Shown here piece by piece: positions 1 through 8,573 of a stretch of 64,000 bases of DNA; the first letter of the stretch is position 1, and the number at the start of each line of letters is the position of its first letter. The notes beneath the pieces are model-generated. The model did no database searches. It saw nothing but the letters and a program-made list of their open reading frames with translations, and had not been told where the DNA came from. This stretch comes from a virus, in IMG/VR virus record IMGVR_UViG_3300033273_000658, positions 77,006 to 141,005 of that record, one strand, 5' to 3'. The position numbers were made by a program, and so were the translations under genes.

Positions 1-513
1 TGGGATGTCTGTCTTAATTCAAAAACATGTTTTAAGGTTCTGAACAAGACAAGCCGTCAAGCTTCAATACACTTTGCTATTGATAATGACGGAACTATCT
101 ATCAGTTCCTTGACATGAATCATATTGCTTGGCATGCTTCCAAGCGTATGGTAAACAAGAAGTCTGTTGGTGTGGAGATCTCCAATGCTTATTATCCCAA
201 GTATCAAAACTGGTATAAGAAGAATGGTTTTGGAGAGAGACCAATGATAACAGACGCAACTGTTCATGGAAAGAAGATGGAACCATTTATGGATTTCTAT
301 CCTGTGCAGAAAGAAGCATTGAAAGCACTCATGGAAGCTGTGCACAATGCCCTTGGTATTCCTTTGGAAGCACCCGAAGGAGACACCGTTGTTAAAGATG
401 TTGCATCAGCAAAGTATAAAGGTTTTGTACACCACTACAATGTGGTTAAGAACAAGATTGATTGTGCTGGTCTAAACTTAAATAAATTAATAAAAGAAAT
501 AAAAAACACTTGA
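1..513 (+). CDS. N-acetylmuramoyl-L-alanine amidase (Amidase_2, endolysin-like), 5'-truncated by window edge
   Basis: Frame 1 is open from base 1: SIHFAIDNDGTIYQFLD-IAWHA-NKKSVGVEI-HH-KIDC, the typical Amidase_2 zinc motifs. Confidence 0.85.
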   Translation, partial: WDVCLNSKTCFKVLNKTSRQASIHFAIDNDGTIYQFLDMNHIAWHASKRMVNKKSVGVEISNAYYPKYQNWYKKNGFGERPMITDATVHGKKMEPFMDFYPVQKEALKALMEAVHNALGIPLEAPEGDTVVKDVASAKYKGFVHHYNVVKNKIDCAGLNLNKLIKEIKNT

Positions 514-537
514 CAACTACCAAAACCGTGTTATATT
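510..537 (+). promoter_or_regulatory. sigma70-type promoter for groEL
   Basis: TTGACA-N16-TATATT with TG extension. Confidence 0.6.
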
Positions 538-559
538 ATTGTATAAGCTTGGAGGCTAA

Positions 560-2134
560 ATGTCAAAACAATATAGTAACGGGTCTTCTCTTAACGAGAA
601 GATCCTTAAAGGTATGAACGTTCTTGCAGACAATGTGGGAACAACCCTTGGTCCAAAAGGACGCAATGTTATTCTTTATGATAAGAAACAAAACATCCCT
701 GTGATCACAAAAGATGGTGTAACCATCGCAAAGTTTGTGGAACTTGAAGACCCATTTGAAAACGTCGGTGTTCAAATCCTAAAACAAGCAGCAGAACAAT
801 CTGCAAACAAAGCTGGTGATGGAACCACAACCACCACCGTCTTGACTAGAGGAATCATCAACAAGGCTCAGAAGTATCTGACCTCTGGTGTTTCTCCTAT
901 TGAACTCAAACGTGGTATGGACAAAGCATGTGAAGTTATCTGTGAGAAACTTGCAGAACATGCGAGACCTATCCAAACAGAAGAAGACATCTTTCACATC
1001 GCAACTATTTCTGCTAACAACGACAAGTCTATTGGAACATTAATCTCCAAGGCTATCGATGCAGCAGGTAAAGATGGGACAGTTCTTGTTGAAGAAGCTC
1101 GCTCTGTTAATACATCACTTGATCTCATCGAAGGATTTCGTTTCGATAGTGGCTACATTTCGCCCACATTTATCACGAACGAACGCGCTGGTACGGTAGA
1201 CTACGATAGTCCTCTTCTGCTCGTTACAGATGAAAAAGTTGAGACAATAGAACAAATTTTACCTACTCTAGAACTGGCTGCGAGAGAGTCTCGTCCTCTC
1301 ATTATTGTTGCTGGTGAAATGGAAGGTCAAGCGTTGGCTGCTGTGATTGCAAATGCTGTCCGTGGCACAATGAAAGTTGCTGCTGTCAAGGCTCCGAGAT
1401 ACGGAGAAGAAAGACGTAACATCCTCAAAGACCTTTGTGCCTCTGTTGGTGCGACTTTCGTTACAAGAGAAAACGGATTGACCCTGAAAGAAGTTAAACT
1501 AACACACTTCGGTCAATCAAAAAGAATTACAGTATCAAAAGCTTGGACAACAATCGTAGGAGGTAAAGGTGATGAAGAAGAAATTGAAAAGCGTATTGAG
1601 GCTGTTAAGGCCCTCATTGCTGAAGAAGAGGATCTCCGAGTCTGTGAGCGTCATCAAGAGCGAATCACTAGATTGGCATCCGGAGTGGCCGTTATAAAGG
1701 TTGGTGCTGCAACTGAGGTTGAAATGATTGAGAAGAAGCATCGTATTGATGATGCTTTGGAAGCTGTTCGTTCGGCACAAGAAGAAGGTATCGTTCCTGG
1801 TGGCGGTGTTTCATTGCTTAAGTCTGTATCTGATATCCAGATTCAAGCAGATAATGATGAGCAAGCCTTGGGTGCCAAGATTGTTGTTGAAGCAGTTGAA
1901 GAACCTATCCGTCAAATGGCAAAGAATGCTGGTCTGTCACCTGACCTTGTTGTTCAGCAAGTTCGTGAGACAACTAGTTTCAATCATGGTATGAATTTCT
2001 TGACCGGAGACATAGTTAACCTACTAGATTCAGGTGTTATTGACCCAGTTAAAGTTACAAAGTGCGCGTTGCAAAATGCAGTCTCTGTATCATCAACTAT
2101 TATCACAACTAGCCACGCGATTGTGAACTCCTGA
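560..2134 (+). CDS. groEL: Chaperonin GroEL (Cpn60), lacking the GGM tail
   Basis: TLGPKGRNV, ITKDGVTIAK, AGDGTTT, AVKAP, GVAVIKVGAATEVE, GIVPGGG, GVIDPVKV. Confidence 0.98.
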   Translation: MSKQYSNGSSLNEKILKGMNVLADNVGTTLGPKGRNVILYDKKQNIPVITKDGVTIAKFVELEDPFENVGVQILKQAAEQSANKAGDGTTTTTVLTRGIINKAQKYLTSGVSPIELKRGMDKACEVICEKLAEHARPIQTEEDIFHIATISANNDKSIGTLISKAIDAAGKDGTVLVEEARSVNTSLDLIEGFRFDSGYISPTFITNERAGTVDYDSPLLLVTDEKVETIEQILPTLELAARESRPLIIVAGEMEGQALAAVIANAVRGTMKVAAVKAPRYGEERRNILKDLCASVGATFVTRENGLTLKEVKLTHFGQSKRITVSKAWTTIVGGKGDEEEIEKRIEAVKALIAEEEDLRVCERHQERITRLASGVAVIKVGAATEVEMIEKKHRIDDALEAVRSAQEEGIVPGGGVSLLKSVSDIQIQADNDEQALGAKIVVEAVEEPIRQMAKNAGLSPDLVVQQVRETTSFNHGMNFLTGDIVNLLDSGVIDPVKVTKCALQNAVSVSSTIITTSHAIVNS

Positions 2135-2161
2135 AACTAGTTACTAGTGGAGGAATTTACT

Positions 2162-2428
2162 ATGACAAACAGTGACATAACACACTTGACCCAAGCTATT
2201 ATGGAGCTGAAAGGTCAGATCGAAAGAATGTCTGAGCGCCAAGAAGAAATGGTTGAAGACGTTAAGAAAATTAAAGAGGCGGTATACAACCCAGATGAAG
2301 GTTTGTATGCTCGCCTTAGAGCATTAGAACAGTGGCAAGAGAATCAATCAAAGATACAATGGTTTGTGTTGACGAGTATTTTTGGTCTTATCATGACAAC
2401 TGTATATAAAATGATAATTGTTACTTGA
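2162..2428 (+). CDS. Small coiled-coil protein with C-terminal membrane helix (holin/XhlA-like architecture)
   Basis: GGAGG then ATG 2162; heptad region followed by hydrophobic IQWFVLTSIFGLIMTTVY. Confidence 0.55.
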   Translation: MTNSDITHLTQAIMELKGQIERMSERQEEMVEDVKKIKEAVYNPDEGLYARLRALEQWQENQSKIQWFVLTSIFGLIMTTVYKMIIVT

Positions 2429-2453
2429 CAAATGCTCTGAAACATGTTATAAT
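2425..2453 (+). promoter_or_regulatory. Consensus sigma70 promoter
   Basis: TTGACA-N17-TATAAT with TG extension. Confidence 0.85.
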
Positions 2454-2473
2454 TAAATATACTTGGAGGTATT

Positions 2474-2761
2474 ATGAGAGTAAGAATAAGTTATTCGGTA
2501 GAACTAGAAGATGTACCGGGTGAATGTGCACGTATGCTTCATGATTCTTTGGAGCACGTTGAAGAAGTACGCGAAGAAATTGTTGAGCTGGTCAAACAAC
2601 TTGATGATGATAAAGGGCAGGCATGGCTTGTCAAAGATAAAATTGATAGAACTAGACAAAAACTAGCAAAGCTTGATGCTGTCCTATCAGATAATGACAT
2701 GATCTTGGAAGGTTATTTCAAAGCCAAAGAGCCGGAGGTTGAAGATGCTAGCGAAGGGTGA
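2474..2761 (+). CDS. Hypothetical coiled-coil protein
   Basis: ORF with GGAGG RBS. Confidence 0.7.
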   Translation: MRVRISYSVELEDVPGECARMLHDSLEHVEEVREEIVELVKQLDDDKGQAWLVKDKIDRTRQKLAKLDAVLSDNDMILEGYFKAKEPEVEDASEG

Positions 2762-2957
2762 TCTCGTACGGGTTCCGGCTAACAGTTGTTTGACACAAAC
2801 TCAGTCGGAGCTTCACTTGATTGATAGATACACGTATCTTGAAAAACCAACACTTGGTATTTTTATTAAGTATGTTGGTAGACAGGCACTGTTGTTTATT
2901 AATGAGAACTACTGGAGAGTAGATACAAAAGATGTTAGATATGTAGGAGCAGCATAA
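2745..2957 (+). CDS. Small KOW/SH3-like protein (KGDLV family)
   Basis: Starts MLAKGDLVRV. Confidence 0.6.
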   Translation: MLAKGDLVRVPANSCLTQTQSELHLIDRYTYLEKPTLGIFIKYVGRQALLFINENYWRVDTKDVRYVGAA

Positions 2958-3250
2958 TGAGCACATTAGTAGAATTAATTGAGATTAAAAAAGATACAAA
3001 AGGAAATTACATGTTGAACACCATCTATGTAAATCCGAATCAAATTGTATTCATGCAAGAGAATCGACAAATCAAACAACAACTACAAGAAGGAAAGATA
3101 AGTCTTGGACTAAATCAGAACTTCACACAGTTTACAGACATTAGAATGAACTTCTCTTCTTATGTTTCTAATGTCACAGTGGTTGGAGATCCCGGTTTGA
3201 TTGAGACAAAGATACACAAACAAAGTTTTAAACAGTTGCTGAGAGACTAG
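2957..3250 (+). CDS. Hypothetical protein
   Basis: ORF coupled to upstream stop; GGAG RBS. Confidence 0.7.
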   Translation: MSTLVELIEIKKDTKGNYMLNTIYVNPNQIVFMQENRQIKQQLQEGKISLGLNQNFTQFTDIRMNFSSYVSNVTVVGDPGLIETKIHKQSFKQLLRD

Positions 3251-3303
3251 TTCTGTCTAAAACAATTATTTTTCAACTAAAATAATTATAAAACGGAGGT
3301 AAA

Positions 3304-3567
3304 ATGAAAAAATACATAGTTTATGGAAGATCAAGCTGTCCTTATTGTATTAAGGTAGTGAACAAGTTATTGAGAGGTGGTAAGACATTTTATGTTGAAC
3401 TGCACGATAGCACACCAGAAAAATTAGAAGAGGTTAAGAAAAGATTTAACCACCCAACAATTCCTGTTGTTACTTTTATAGACGACACAGAGATTCTTAT
3501 CGGTGGTTGCGACGATACGATTGACCATCTTAAAAAAGAGAAGTCGAATGACGCTAGTGAGACATAA
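3304..3567 (+). CDS. Glutaredoxin
   Basis: CPYC active site, TIP, IGGCDD. Confidence 0.92.
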   Translation: MKKYIVYGRSSCPYCIKVVNKLLRGGKTFYVELHDSTPEKLEEVKKRFNHPTIPVVTFIDDTEILIGGCDDTIDHLKKEKSNDASET

Positions 3568-3760
3568 GCAACAAAAGTTCTTTGAGATTCTAGGTTTTGG
3601 AATTGTATTAGAAGACCACGGATACAAAGTCTTAGTAAGGTGGATTAATCCAAAGTCTCATAAACATACTCAACACATAATGACAAAGAACGCACTACTC
3701 TTTCTTGACCCAAACGAGAAAGATTGTATTAAAGAACCGGAGATAATATGGAAAAATTAG
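3548..3760 (+). CDS. Hypothetical protein, paralog of 9258-9446
   Basis: LVRHKQQKFFEILGFGIVLED vs LARHRDKEVFNKIGFGIVTED. Confidence 0.6.
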   Translation: MTLVRHKQQKFFEILGFGIVLEDHGYKVLVRWINPKSHKHTQHIMTKNALLFLDPNEKDCIKEPEIIWKN

Positions 3761-4113
3761 ATGATTTTACAACAATGAAGCCGTGGGGACACGAGATTCG
3801 TTTTGCACAGAATGATAAATACCTTGGAAAGATCCTTTATATCAAAAAAGGCCACAGGCTTTCAAGACAGTATCATGAGCTAAAAGACGAGACAATTTTC
3901 GTTCAACATGGCACCCTTATACTAGAGCTAGGTTCACCTGACGTAGGCAGTTTTGAGCGCAAAATTCTTGGATACGGGGAAAGATTTCGTATACTTCCGG
4001 GAGTGATCCATCGTTTTTGTGCCCCTGATGATGCGCCGGTTACACTTATTGAAGTTTCAACACCTGAGATTAATGATGTTGTAAGGCTTGAAGACGATTA
4101 TAAAAGAGCATAG
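3748..4113 (+). CDS. Cupin protein (type II mannose-6-phosphate isomerase C-terminal-like)
   Basis: KPWG, LSRQYHELKDET, PGVIHRF, EVSTPEINDVVRLEDDY. Confidence 0.85.
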   Translation: MEKLDDFTTMKPWGHEIRFAQNDKYLGKILYIKKGHRLSRQYHELKDETIFVQHGTLILELGSPDVGSFERKILGYGERFRILPGVIHRFCAPDDAPVTLIEVSTPEINDVVRLEDDYKRA

Positions 4114-4130
4114 TTAGTCTCCGTTTGCTC

Positions 4131-4169
4131 ACCCTTCTCTCTATTTACTGTAGGGGGGAGGGTTTTTTT
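4131..4169 (+). terminator. 13-bp hairpin plus T6 that also hides the next RBS and overlaps the CTATTTA motif
   Basis: ACCCTTCTCTCTA / TAGGGGGGAGGGT pair fully (with G-U), then TTTTTT and ATG. Confidence 0.65.
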
Positions 4170-4877
4170 ATGTTATTGAGTTTAATTTTGGCTTGTACTT
4201 TAGGGTACAATTATGACAATGAAGGGGTGTCGTTATCGTTTGAACAGACAGCAGCAACTCATTATTTTTATTATGATAAGGCAGTAGAATCTTCCGTTAG
4301 AATTTTATCTTATTCCGGAGAAGAAGAGACTGGACATGCATCTGGCAACTACTTTAAATTGGGACAACACAGATTTATTATTACAGCAGCTCATGTTGTC
4401 ACGGATGGAGACGATCTTTATGTTGAAGACTACAAAGATAAAGTGGAACTTGAGATTGTTGGTATTGATGTAGGAAACGATATTGCATTTGCTATACCAA
4501 AAAAGAATTTAAAAAGCGCAAAGCCCGTAAACTATAGAACAAATAAAAAACTAAACATTATAGGAGATACGATGGTATACGCAGGGTACCCTGCTGACTT
4601 AAATAAATCTGTATTTCATGGAACAGTTTCTACAGAAGCTAGATATTCTTTTATAATGCAATCTTTTGCTTTACCAGGAGCTTCTGGTTCTGTTGTTTTT
4701 GATAACAAAGGTTTGGCTGTTGGAGTGCTAAGTGCAATCAAGGTGGGGTACTCCGGAATCAGCCCATGGCCTCAGCTACATGGTTCCCTTGTTTATGTTA
4801 ATCGATTGAATTTTTATGACAAATACATGCTAGAGGAGTTGTTGGTGAAGTGGAAAAAATTAAAGTCGGAACTCTGA
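4170..4877 (+). CDS. Trypsin-like serine protease with short signal/lipobox-like N-terminus
   Basis: ITAAHVV (His), NDIA (Asp), PGASGS (Ser); N-terminus MLLSLILAC. Confidence 0.88.
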   Translation: MLLSLILACTLGYNYDNEGVSLSFEQTAATHYFYYDKAVESSVRILSYSGEEETGHASGNYFKLGQHRFIITAAHVVTDGDDLYVEDYKDKVELEIVGIDVGNDIAFAIPKKNLKSAKPVNYRTNKKLNIIGDTMVYAGYPADLNKSVFHGTVSTEARYSFIMQSFALPGASGSVVFDNKGLAVGVLSAIKVGYSGISPWPQLHGSLVYVNRLNFYDKYMLEELLVKWKKLKSEL

Positions 4878-5062
4878 TAGAAGACATGGGAAAGATGGGA
4901 ATCATTACTAAAGTCATTACTAGTGGAACACTTAAAACAGATAACGAATTGATTAAGTGGAGAAACAATTATGAAATCTTTTATTCTGATGGAACGATAG
5001 CAATACTTGGTGAAGCTACACTTCACAGACTTATAGAAAAGGGAGATGTTAAGATCTTATGA
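4850..5062 (+). CDS. Small KOW/SH3-like protein
   Basis: IKVGTLI...MGIITKV. Confidence 0.55.
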   Translation: MEKIKVGTLIEDMGKMGIITKVITSGTLKTDNELIKWRNNYEIFYSDGTIAILGEATLHRLIEKGDVKIL

Positions 5063-5100
5063 CCTACTACTACCCTACTACCCCCCTACCCCCCTCCCCT
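5063..5100. repeat. C-rich CCTACTACCC tract (G-quadruplex-capable on the - strand)
   Basis: Four runs of 3 or more C; similar tracts at 19603, 22978, 24813, 26737. Confidence 0.7.
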
Positions 5101-5136
5101 ACGGGGATGGTACGGGTGTATCCGGGGGTATCATGA

Positions 5137-5400
5137 ATGGATTCAATGGATGTAAAATTGCCAACTGAAAAACAAGACTTAATTAGATTATACATTTATG
5201 TTAACCAAAGAATAAATGAGATCTGGAAAGAGTATGTTGTACACACCAATCTTAAATACGTTTCTGCAACAACAAAGATCTTTGCAATTATTTTTTGTGA
5301 AATGGATTTCTATGAATCTGTTCTAGCTAGAATAAGAGTTCATCTTTCCGAAGATGACATGCAAGAAATGAGAAAGCACGATGCAATTTGGGACTGGTGA
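5137..5400 (+). CDS. Hypothetical protein
   Basis: ORF track. Confidence 0.6.
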   Translation: MDSMDVKLPTEKQDLIRLYIYVNQRINEIWKEYVVHTNLKYVSATTKIFAIIFCEMDFYESVLARIRVHLSEDDMQEMRKHDAIWDW

Positions 5401-5575
5401 GCTTGTGTATTTTGAAGACCTTGATGGTCAAATTTACCTGTCTGTTATTCTTGCTGATGGGGTTTCTGGATACGGTGGAGATACGAGAATAATTTATGTT
5501 ATCTACTCAATCGCAAATCGATCCACTTGGTTGGCTTATGAGTCTGAGCTGACTCTAGCCAAAAACTTTACATAA
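5381..5575 (+). CDS. Small KOW/SH3-like protein
   Basis: MQFGTGELVYF...YESELTL. Confidence 0.55.
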   Translation: MQFGTGELVYFEDLDGQIYLSVILADGVSGYGGDTRIIYVIYSIANRSTWLAYESELTLAKNFT

Positions 5576-5659
5576 CTTTTTTTATCTAAGTTACATAAAA
5601 TTTTAACAAACTTCATAAAACATGTCAAACTTTTTATGTAACTTTCTTAAAATTGTCTC

Positions 5660-5677
5660 TTGCAAGAATCATGCCAA
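5660..5677 (-). promoter_or_regulatory. sigma54 -24/-12 site
   Basis: Reverse complement TTGGCATGATTCTTGCAA (GG-N10-GC). Confidence 0.8.
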
Positions 5678-5744
5678 AAATGTTTTACATAACTCAGACA
5701 CTGAAATCGTGGCTGCAACTACCTTTAAGGTTGTTTTTGGATCA

Positions 5745-5762
5745 TTGCAAGAACCATGCCAA
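5745..5762 (-). promoter_or_regulatory. sigma54 -24/-12 site
   Basis: Reverse complement TTGGCATGGTTCTTGCAA. Confidence 0.8.
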
Positions 5763-5832
5763 ACTTTTTTTACATAACTTTGAACCATTTTAAGCAAGTT
5801 ACATAAAATTTTAACAAACTTCATAAAATGAC

Positions 5833-5850
5833 TTGCAAGAATCGTGCCAA
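5833..5850 (-). promoter_or_regulatory. sigma54 -24/-12 site
   Basis: Reverse complement TTGGCACGATTCTTGCAA, perfect TGGCACG-N4-TTGCA. Confidence 0.85.
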
Positions 5851-5993
5851 TTTTTATTTACATAACTCAGGCATCGAAAACAGCTCTACGAGCTTCCAAA
5901 GGCCAGATCGCTTAACTTTACTATGAAGTTACATAAAATTTTAACAAACTTCATAAACTTTAACAAACTTCATAAAAAAAGTGAAGAAAAAGT

Positions 5994-6024
5994 TTGACAA
6001 GGTTATTTTGCTGGGTTAATGAAT
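5994..6024 (+). promoter_or_regulatory. First early promoter (imperfect -10)
   Basis: A-rich UP-like tract, TTGACA-N17-TAATGA. Confidence 0.5.
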
Positions 6025-6052
6025 ATTCTGCAACACAAAACATGGAGACAAC

Positions 6053-6211
6053 ATGAAAGTTGGTGACTTGGTAAAGAATAAATACAACAACAAAGTTGGG
6101 ATAATAATCTCACATAGTGGACGGCCACACCGTATACTTGGTGTAATGTACAGTGTGTGGATAGATGGACTTGATGTGCTATTACACGAATCAGACTTGG
6201 AGGTATTATGA
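6053..6211 (+). CDS. KOW/SH3-like micro-protein (not in ORF track)
   Basis: MKVGDLVKNK...DLEVL, GGAG RBS. Confidence 0.75.
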   Translation: MKVGDLVKNKYNNKVGIIISHSGRPHRILGVMYSVWIDGLDVLLHESDLEVL

Positions 6212-6363
6212 TAGGTAGACTTGTGCGTTGCAAATATACAAATGAAATAGGAATAGTGTTGCGTAGGGAAATAACACGCAGAGGAAACTTTCGCTACCAT
6301 GTGTTTATTGGTGGCCATACAGAAAGTTTTCTTCCACATTTCTTGGAGGTGATAGATGAATAA
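6208..6363 (+). CDS. KOW/SH3-like micro-protein
   Basis: MIGRLVRC...FLEVIDE; ATGA overlap. Confidence 0.7.
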   Translation: MIGRLVRCKYTNEIGIVLRREITRRGNFRYHVFIGGHTESFLPHFLEVIDE

Positions 6364-6526
6364 AGGTGACTTGGTACGGATAAGACATAACGAACATCAA
6401 GGGCTATTCATCCTCATGGAAAAATGTTCGGCTGGTAGCCAGTTCGTGAGACTATATTCTTTGAAATACAACCGCGTATGTTTTGATATGATACGCTCAT
6501 TAGAGGTGATAAATGCAGAAAGGTGA
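6356..6526 (+). CDS. KOW/SH3-like micro-protein
   Basis: MNKGDLVRI...LEVINAER. Confidence 0.7.
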   Translation: MNKGDLVRIRHNEHQGLFILMEKCSAGSQFVRLYSLKYNRVCFDMIRSLEVINAER

Positions 6527-6662
6527 TTTAGTTAGATGTATATACACTGATGAACTATTGGTCATAACTTCGGAAGAAGTTGACGGCTATTTTGATGTGT
6601 ATGCAGTTGGAAATGGAAACATGTGGCTTATGCCCAAAGAACATTTAGAGGTGATAAAATGA
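6513..6662 (+). CDS. KOW/SH3-like micro-protein
   Basis: MQKGDLVRC...HLEVIK. Confidence 0.7.
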   Translation: MQKGDLVRCIYTDELLVITSEEVDGYFDVYAVGNGNMWLMPKEHLEVIK

Positions 6663-6844
6663 AAGTAGGTGATTTAAGAGTATTTAAGCCTTGTAGTTTC
6701 TATGCAAACAACATGTTTGTTGTCACACAAGTAGACGATATGGACTGCTCAATAACAATAAGAATAATAAAGACAGGAGAAGTGGAATGTTGGGATCGAA
6801 TAATACTTCTTCACGACAGTAAATCCGTATCGGTCAAAAAATAA
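6659..6844 (+). CDS. KOW/SH3-like micro-protein
   Basis: MKVGDLRVF; GAGGTG RBS. Confidence 0.7.
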   Translation: MKVGDLRVFKPCSFYANNMFVVTQVDDMDCSITIRIIKTGEVECWDRIILLHDSKSVSVKK

Positions 6845-6853
6845 ACTTTTTTC

Positions 6854-6882
6854 TTGACAAAATAATTGCAACACATTAAGCT
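6854..6882 (+). promoter_or_regulatory. Early promoter (repeated family)
   Basis: TTTTTTCTTGACA-N17-TAAGCT. Confidence 0.8.
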
Positions 6883-6911
6883 ATAATTGCCAATCAAAAC
6901 ATGGAGACAAA

Positions 6912-7655
6912 ATGAACATAGAAAAAACAAAAGAGATTCTGCTAGGAAGAATAAACAAACTGACAGAAGAAGAAAGAGAGTGGATGTACGAAAACAATAG
7001 AGCATGGTATAACAAATACCTTTTTGATAGTCCGTACCAAAAAGAAGAATACTCCAACTTACAATGGGAAGCTATGTGGCTATGGTCATCCTTTGGCCAA
7101 GACTACCTTCGCAATAAGTCTTTGGCAAAGAAATTTCTATCTTCGGAGAAGAAGATGAATCAAGTCATGGATATGATGCAAGACCGCAAGAAGTGGTATA
7201 ATACTCGTGTCGATGAAATAAAGCAGCTACATGCGACTGGTAAGCTCACACAAGAGATTATGGCTTTCTTCATAAGCATGTTTCGCAAAGAAAACTTCAA
7301 TGTCTTTGAGAGCTATGTTAAAGACCCAATCTTTGACACTGGTGCAATTGTGCAGTTTCGCTCCAACATTGGTGTAGACGCAGTTCTTCAAGAACATAAG
7401 TATAGTGGTGGCACACAGTATTACGGAGCGAATCATAGTACAATGCGAGAACTTAAGCAAAAGACCATGATGGTGCTGGGTGAAAGTCCACCGTTGGGCG
7501 GCAAGATTTATGCTAGTGCCTATTCTCATAAAGAGAAACAAGGTGGTTCACGCTTGTATCGTGTTCTTCCTATCGGAGACACAAAAGTGTATATTGTTGT
7601 GGAGAAGTTCCTTAAGAAGTGTAGAACAAAGGCAGTGAAAGATGCAAAGAAGTGA
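6912..7655 (+). CDS. Hypothetical protein
   Basis: 247-aa ORF, GGAG RBS. Confidence 0.8.
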   Translation: MNIEKTKEILLGRINKLTEEEREWMYENNRAWYNKYLFDSPYQKEEYSNLQWEAMWLWSSFGQDYLRNKSLAKKFLSSEKKMNQVMDMMQDRKKWYNTRVDEIKQLHATGKLTQEIMAFFISMFRKENFNVFESYVKDPIFDTGAIVQFRSNIGVDAVLQEHKYSGGTQYYGANHSTMRELKQKTMMVLGESPPLGGKIYASAYSHKEKQGGSRLYRVLPIGDTKVYIVVEKFLKKCRTKAVKDAKK

Positions 7656-7836
7656 TTTCAAGAAAGGCGATCTGTTCAGATACAATAAAGGTATGTCTAT
7701 CCATGATGACGTTCATGGGCTTATAGGCATTGTGCTTGCTCCAATCAATCAGTTTGGACAATACAAAGTGCAAGTAGCGCACAAAACATTGTGGGTTCCT
7801 TTTTGTTCCTTGGAGGTGTTAGATGAAGAAAGGTGA
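7642..7836 (+). CDS. KOW/SH3-like micro-protein
   Basis: FKKGDLFRY...GIVL...SLEVL. Confidence 0.7.
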   Translation: MQRSDFKKGDLFRYNKGMSIHDDVHGLIGIVLAPINQFGQYKVQVAHKTLWVPFCSLEVLDEER

Positions 7837-7987
7837 TGTGGTAATACCAGTCAGTAAAGATTTAGATAAGACACCTATGATCTACATGGGAATAGGTTTG
7901 TGGACTGGGTGGATACGCGTGTATTGTCCAGCAGATGGACAGATAATACAGGTTAGAAAAACATTCGTACAAAAGGTGGAAGTATGA
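7823..7987 (+). CDS. KOW/SH3-like micro-protein
   Basis: MKKGDVVIP. Confidence 0.65.
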   Translation: MKKGDVVIPVSKDLDKTPMIYMGIGLWTGWIRVYCPADGQIIQVRKTFVQKVEV

Positions 7988-8151
7988 AAGTAGGTGATCT
8001 GGTACAGATGAAAGACACACGCTACCACAAAGAGATAGGTGTGGTCATAAAAACTTTTTTCCATGGCGATTGGCGAATAGAGGTTCATTGGGCTGATGGT
8101 CGTGTGTTGTGGGAATCAAAGCTGGACTTAATACCTGTTGAAAAAACTTAG
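7984..8151 (+). CDS. KOW/SH3-like micro-protein
   Basis: MKVGDLVQM...IGVVI...VHWADG. Confidence 0.7.
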   Translation: MKVGDLVQMKDTRYHKEIGVVIKTFFHGDWRIEVHWADGRVLWESKLDLIPVEKT

Positions 8152-8160
8152 AATTTTTTC

Positions 8161-8189
8161 TTGACAAGATTTGCTCAATCAGATAAGGT
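8161..8189 (+). promoter_or_regulatory. Early promoter
   Basis: TTGACA-N17-TAAGGT. Confidence 0.8.
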
Positions 8190-8219
8190 ATAAATATAAC
8201 ATCAAAACATGGAGGCAAC

Positions 8220-8573
8220 ATGGCTTACATCAAACCAAAAATGAATGTGTTCTTCGCCAATGGTGGCAAGGCAATAACGGCAGTCATAGACAAGATTGCA
8301 TTTCGCAAGTACATGACAAAACCATACAAAGATCCAAAGACAGGTGAAACCAAACGTAGACAGAAGTCTATGCCGTTCGCAGTGTGTCGTGTGATTCTAT
8401 CTCTTGATCCATCGGTGAATGTGAATGAGACATTCCTTATCGCTGGTTATCAGCTTGAAAATGTAGTTATCAAGAATGAGAAGATGCTCACATTCAAAAG
8501 CGACTACGTTGCAGAGTATGCAAAAGACTATGGTAACGAATGGGTTAGGAGAATAATCAATGAAGATAGGTGA
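8220..8573 (+). CDS. Hypothetical protein
   Basis: ORF with GGAGG RBS. Confidence 0.8.
   Translation: MAYIKPKMNVFFANGGKAITAVIDKIAFRKYMTKPYKDPKTGETKRRQKSMPFAVCRVILSLDPSVNVNETFLIAGYQLENVVIKNEKMLTFKSDYVAEYAKDYGNEWVRRIINEDR

Larger units (their letters stand above)
5560..5980. repeat. Non-coding operator array 1: three sigma54 sites (- strand) and three copies of a 32-bp repeat
   Basis: TTGCAA-N4-CRTGCCAA at 5660, 5745, 5833; AAGTTACATAAAATTTTAACAAACTTCATAAA at 5588, 5796, 5926. Confidence 0.9.

Noticed and set aside
5685-5695. TTACATAACTC as an IHF site
   Set aside because: The TTGAT half of the IHF consensus (WATCAA-N4-TTR) is missing at the required position in the copies checked
5560-5980. 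CRISPR array interpretation of this and the 23.5, 25.4 and 27.3 kb repeats
   Set aside because: Only about three degenerate units per cluster, irregular spacing, variable internal bases and no cas operon; they fit protein-binding motifs better
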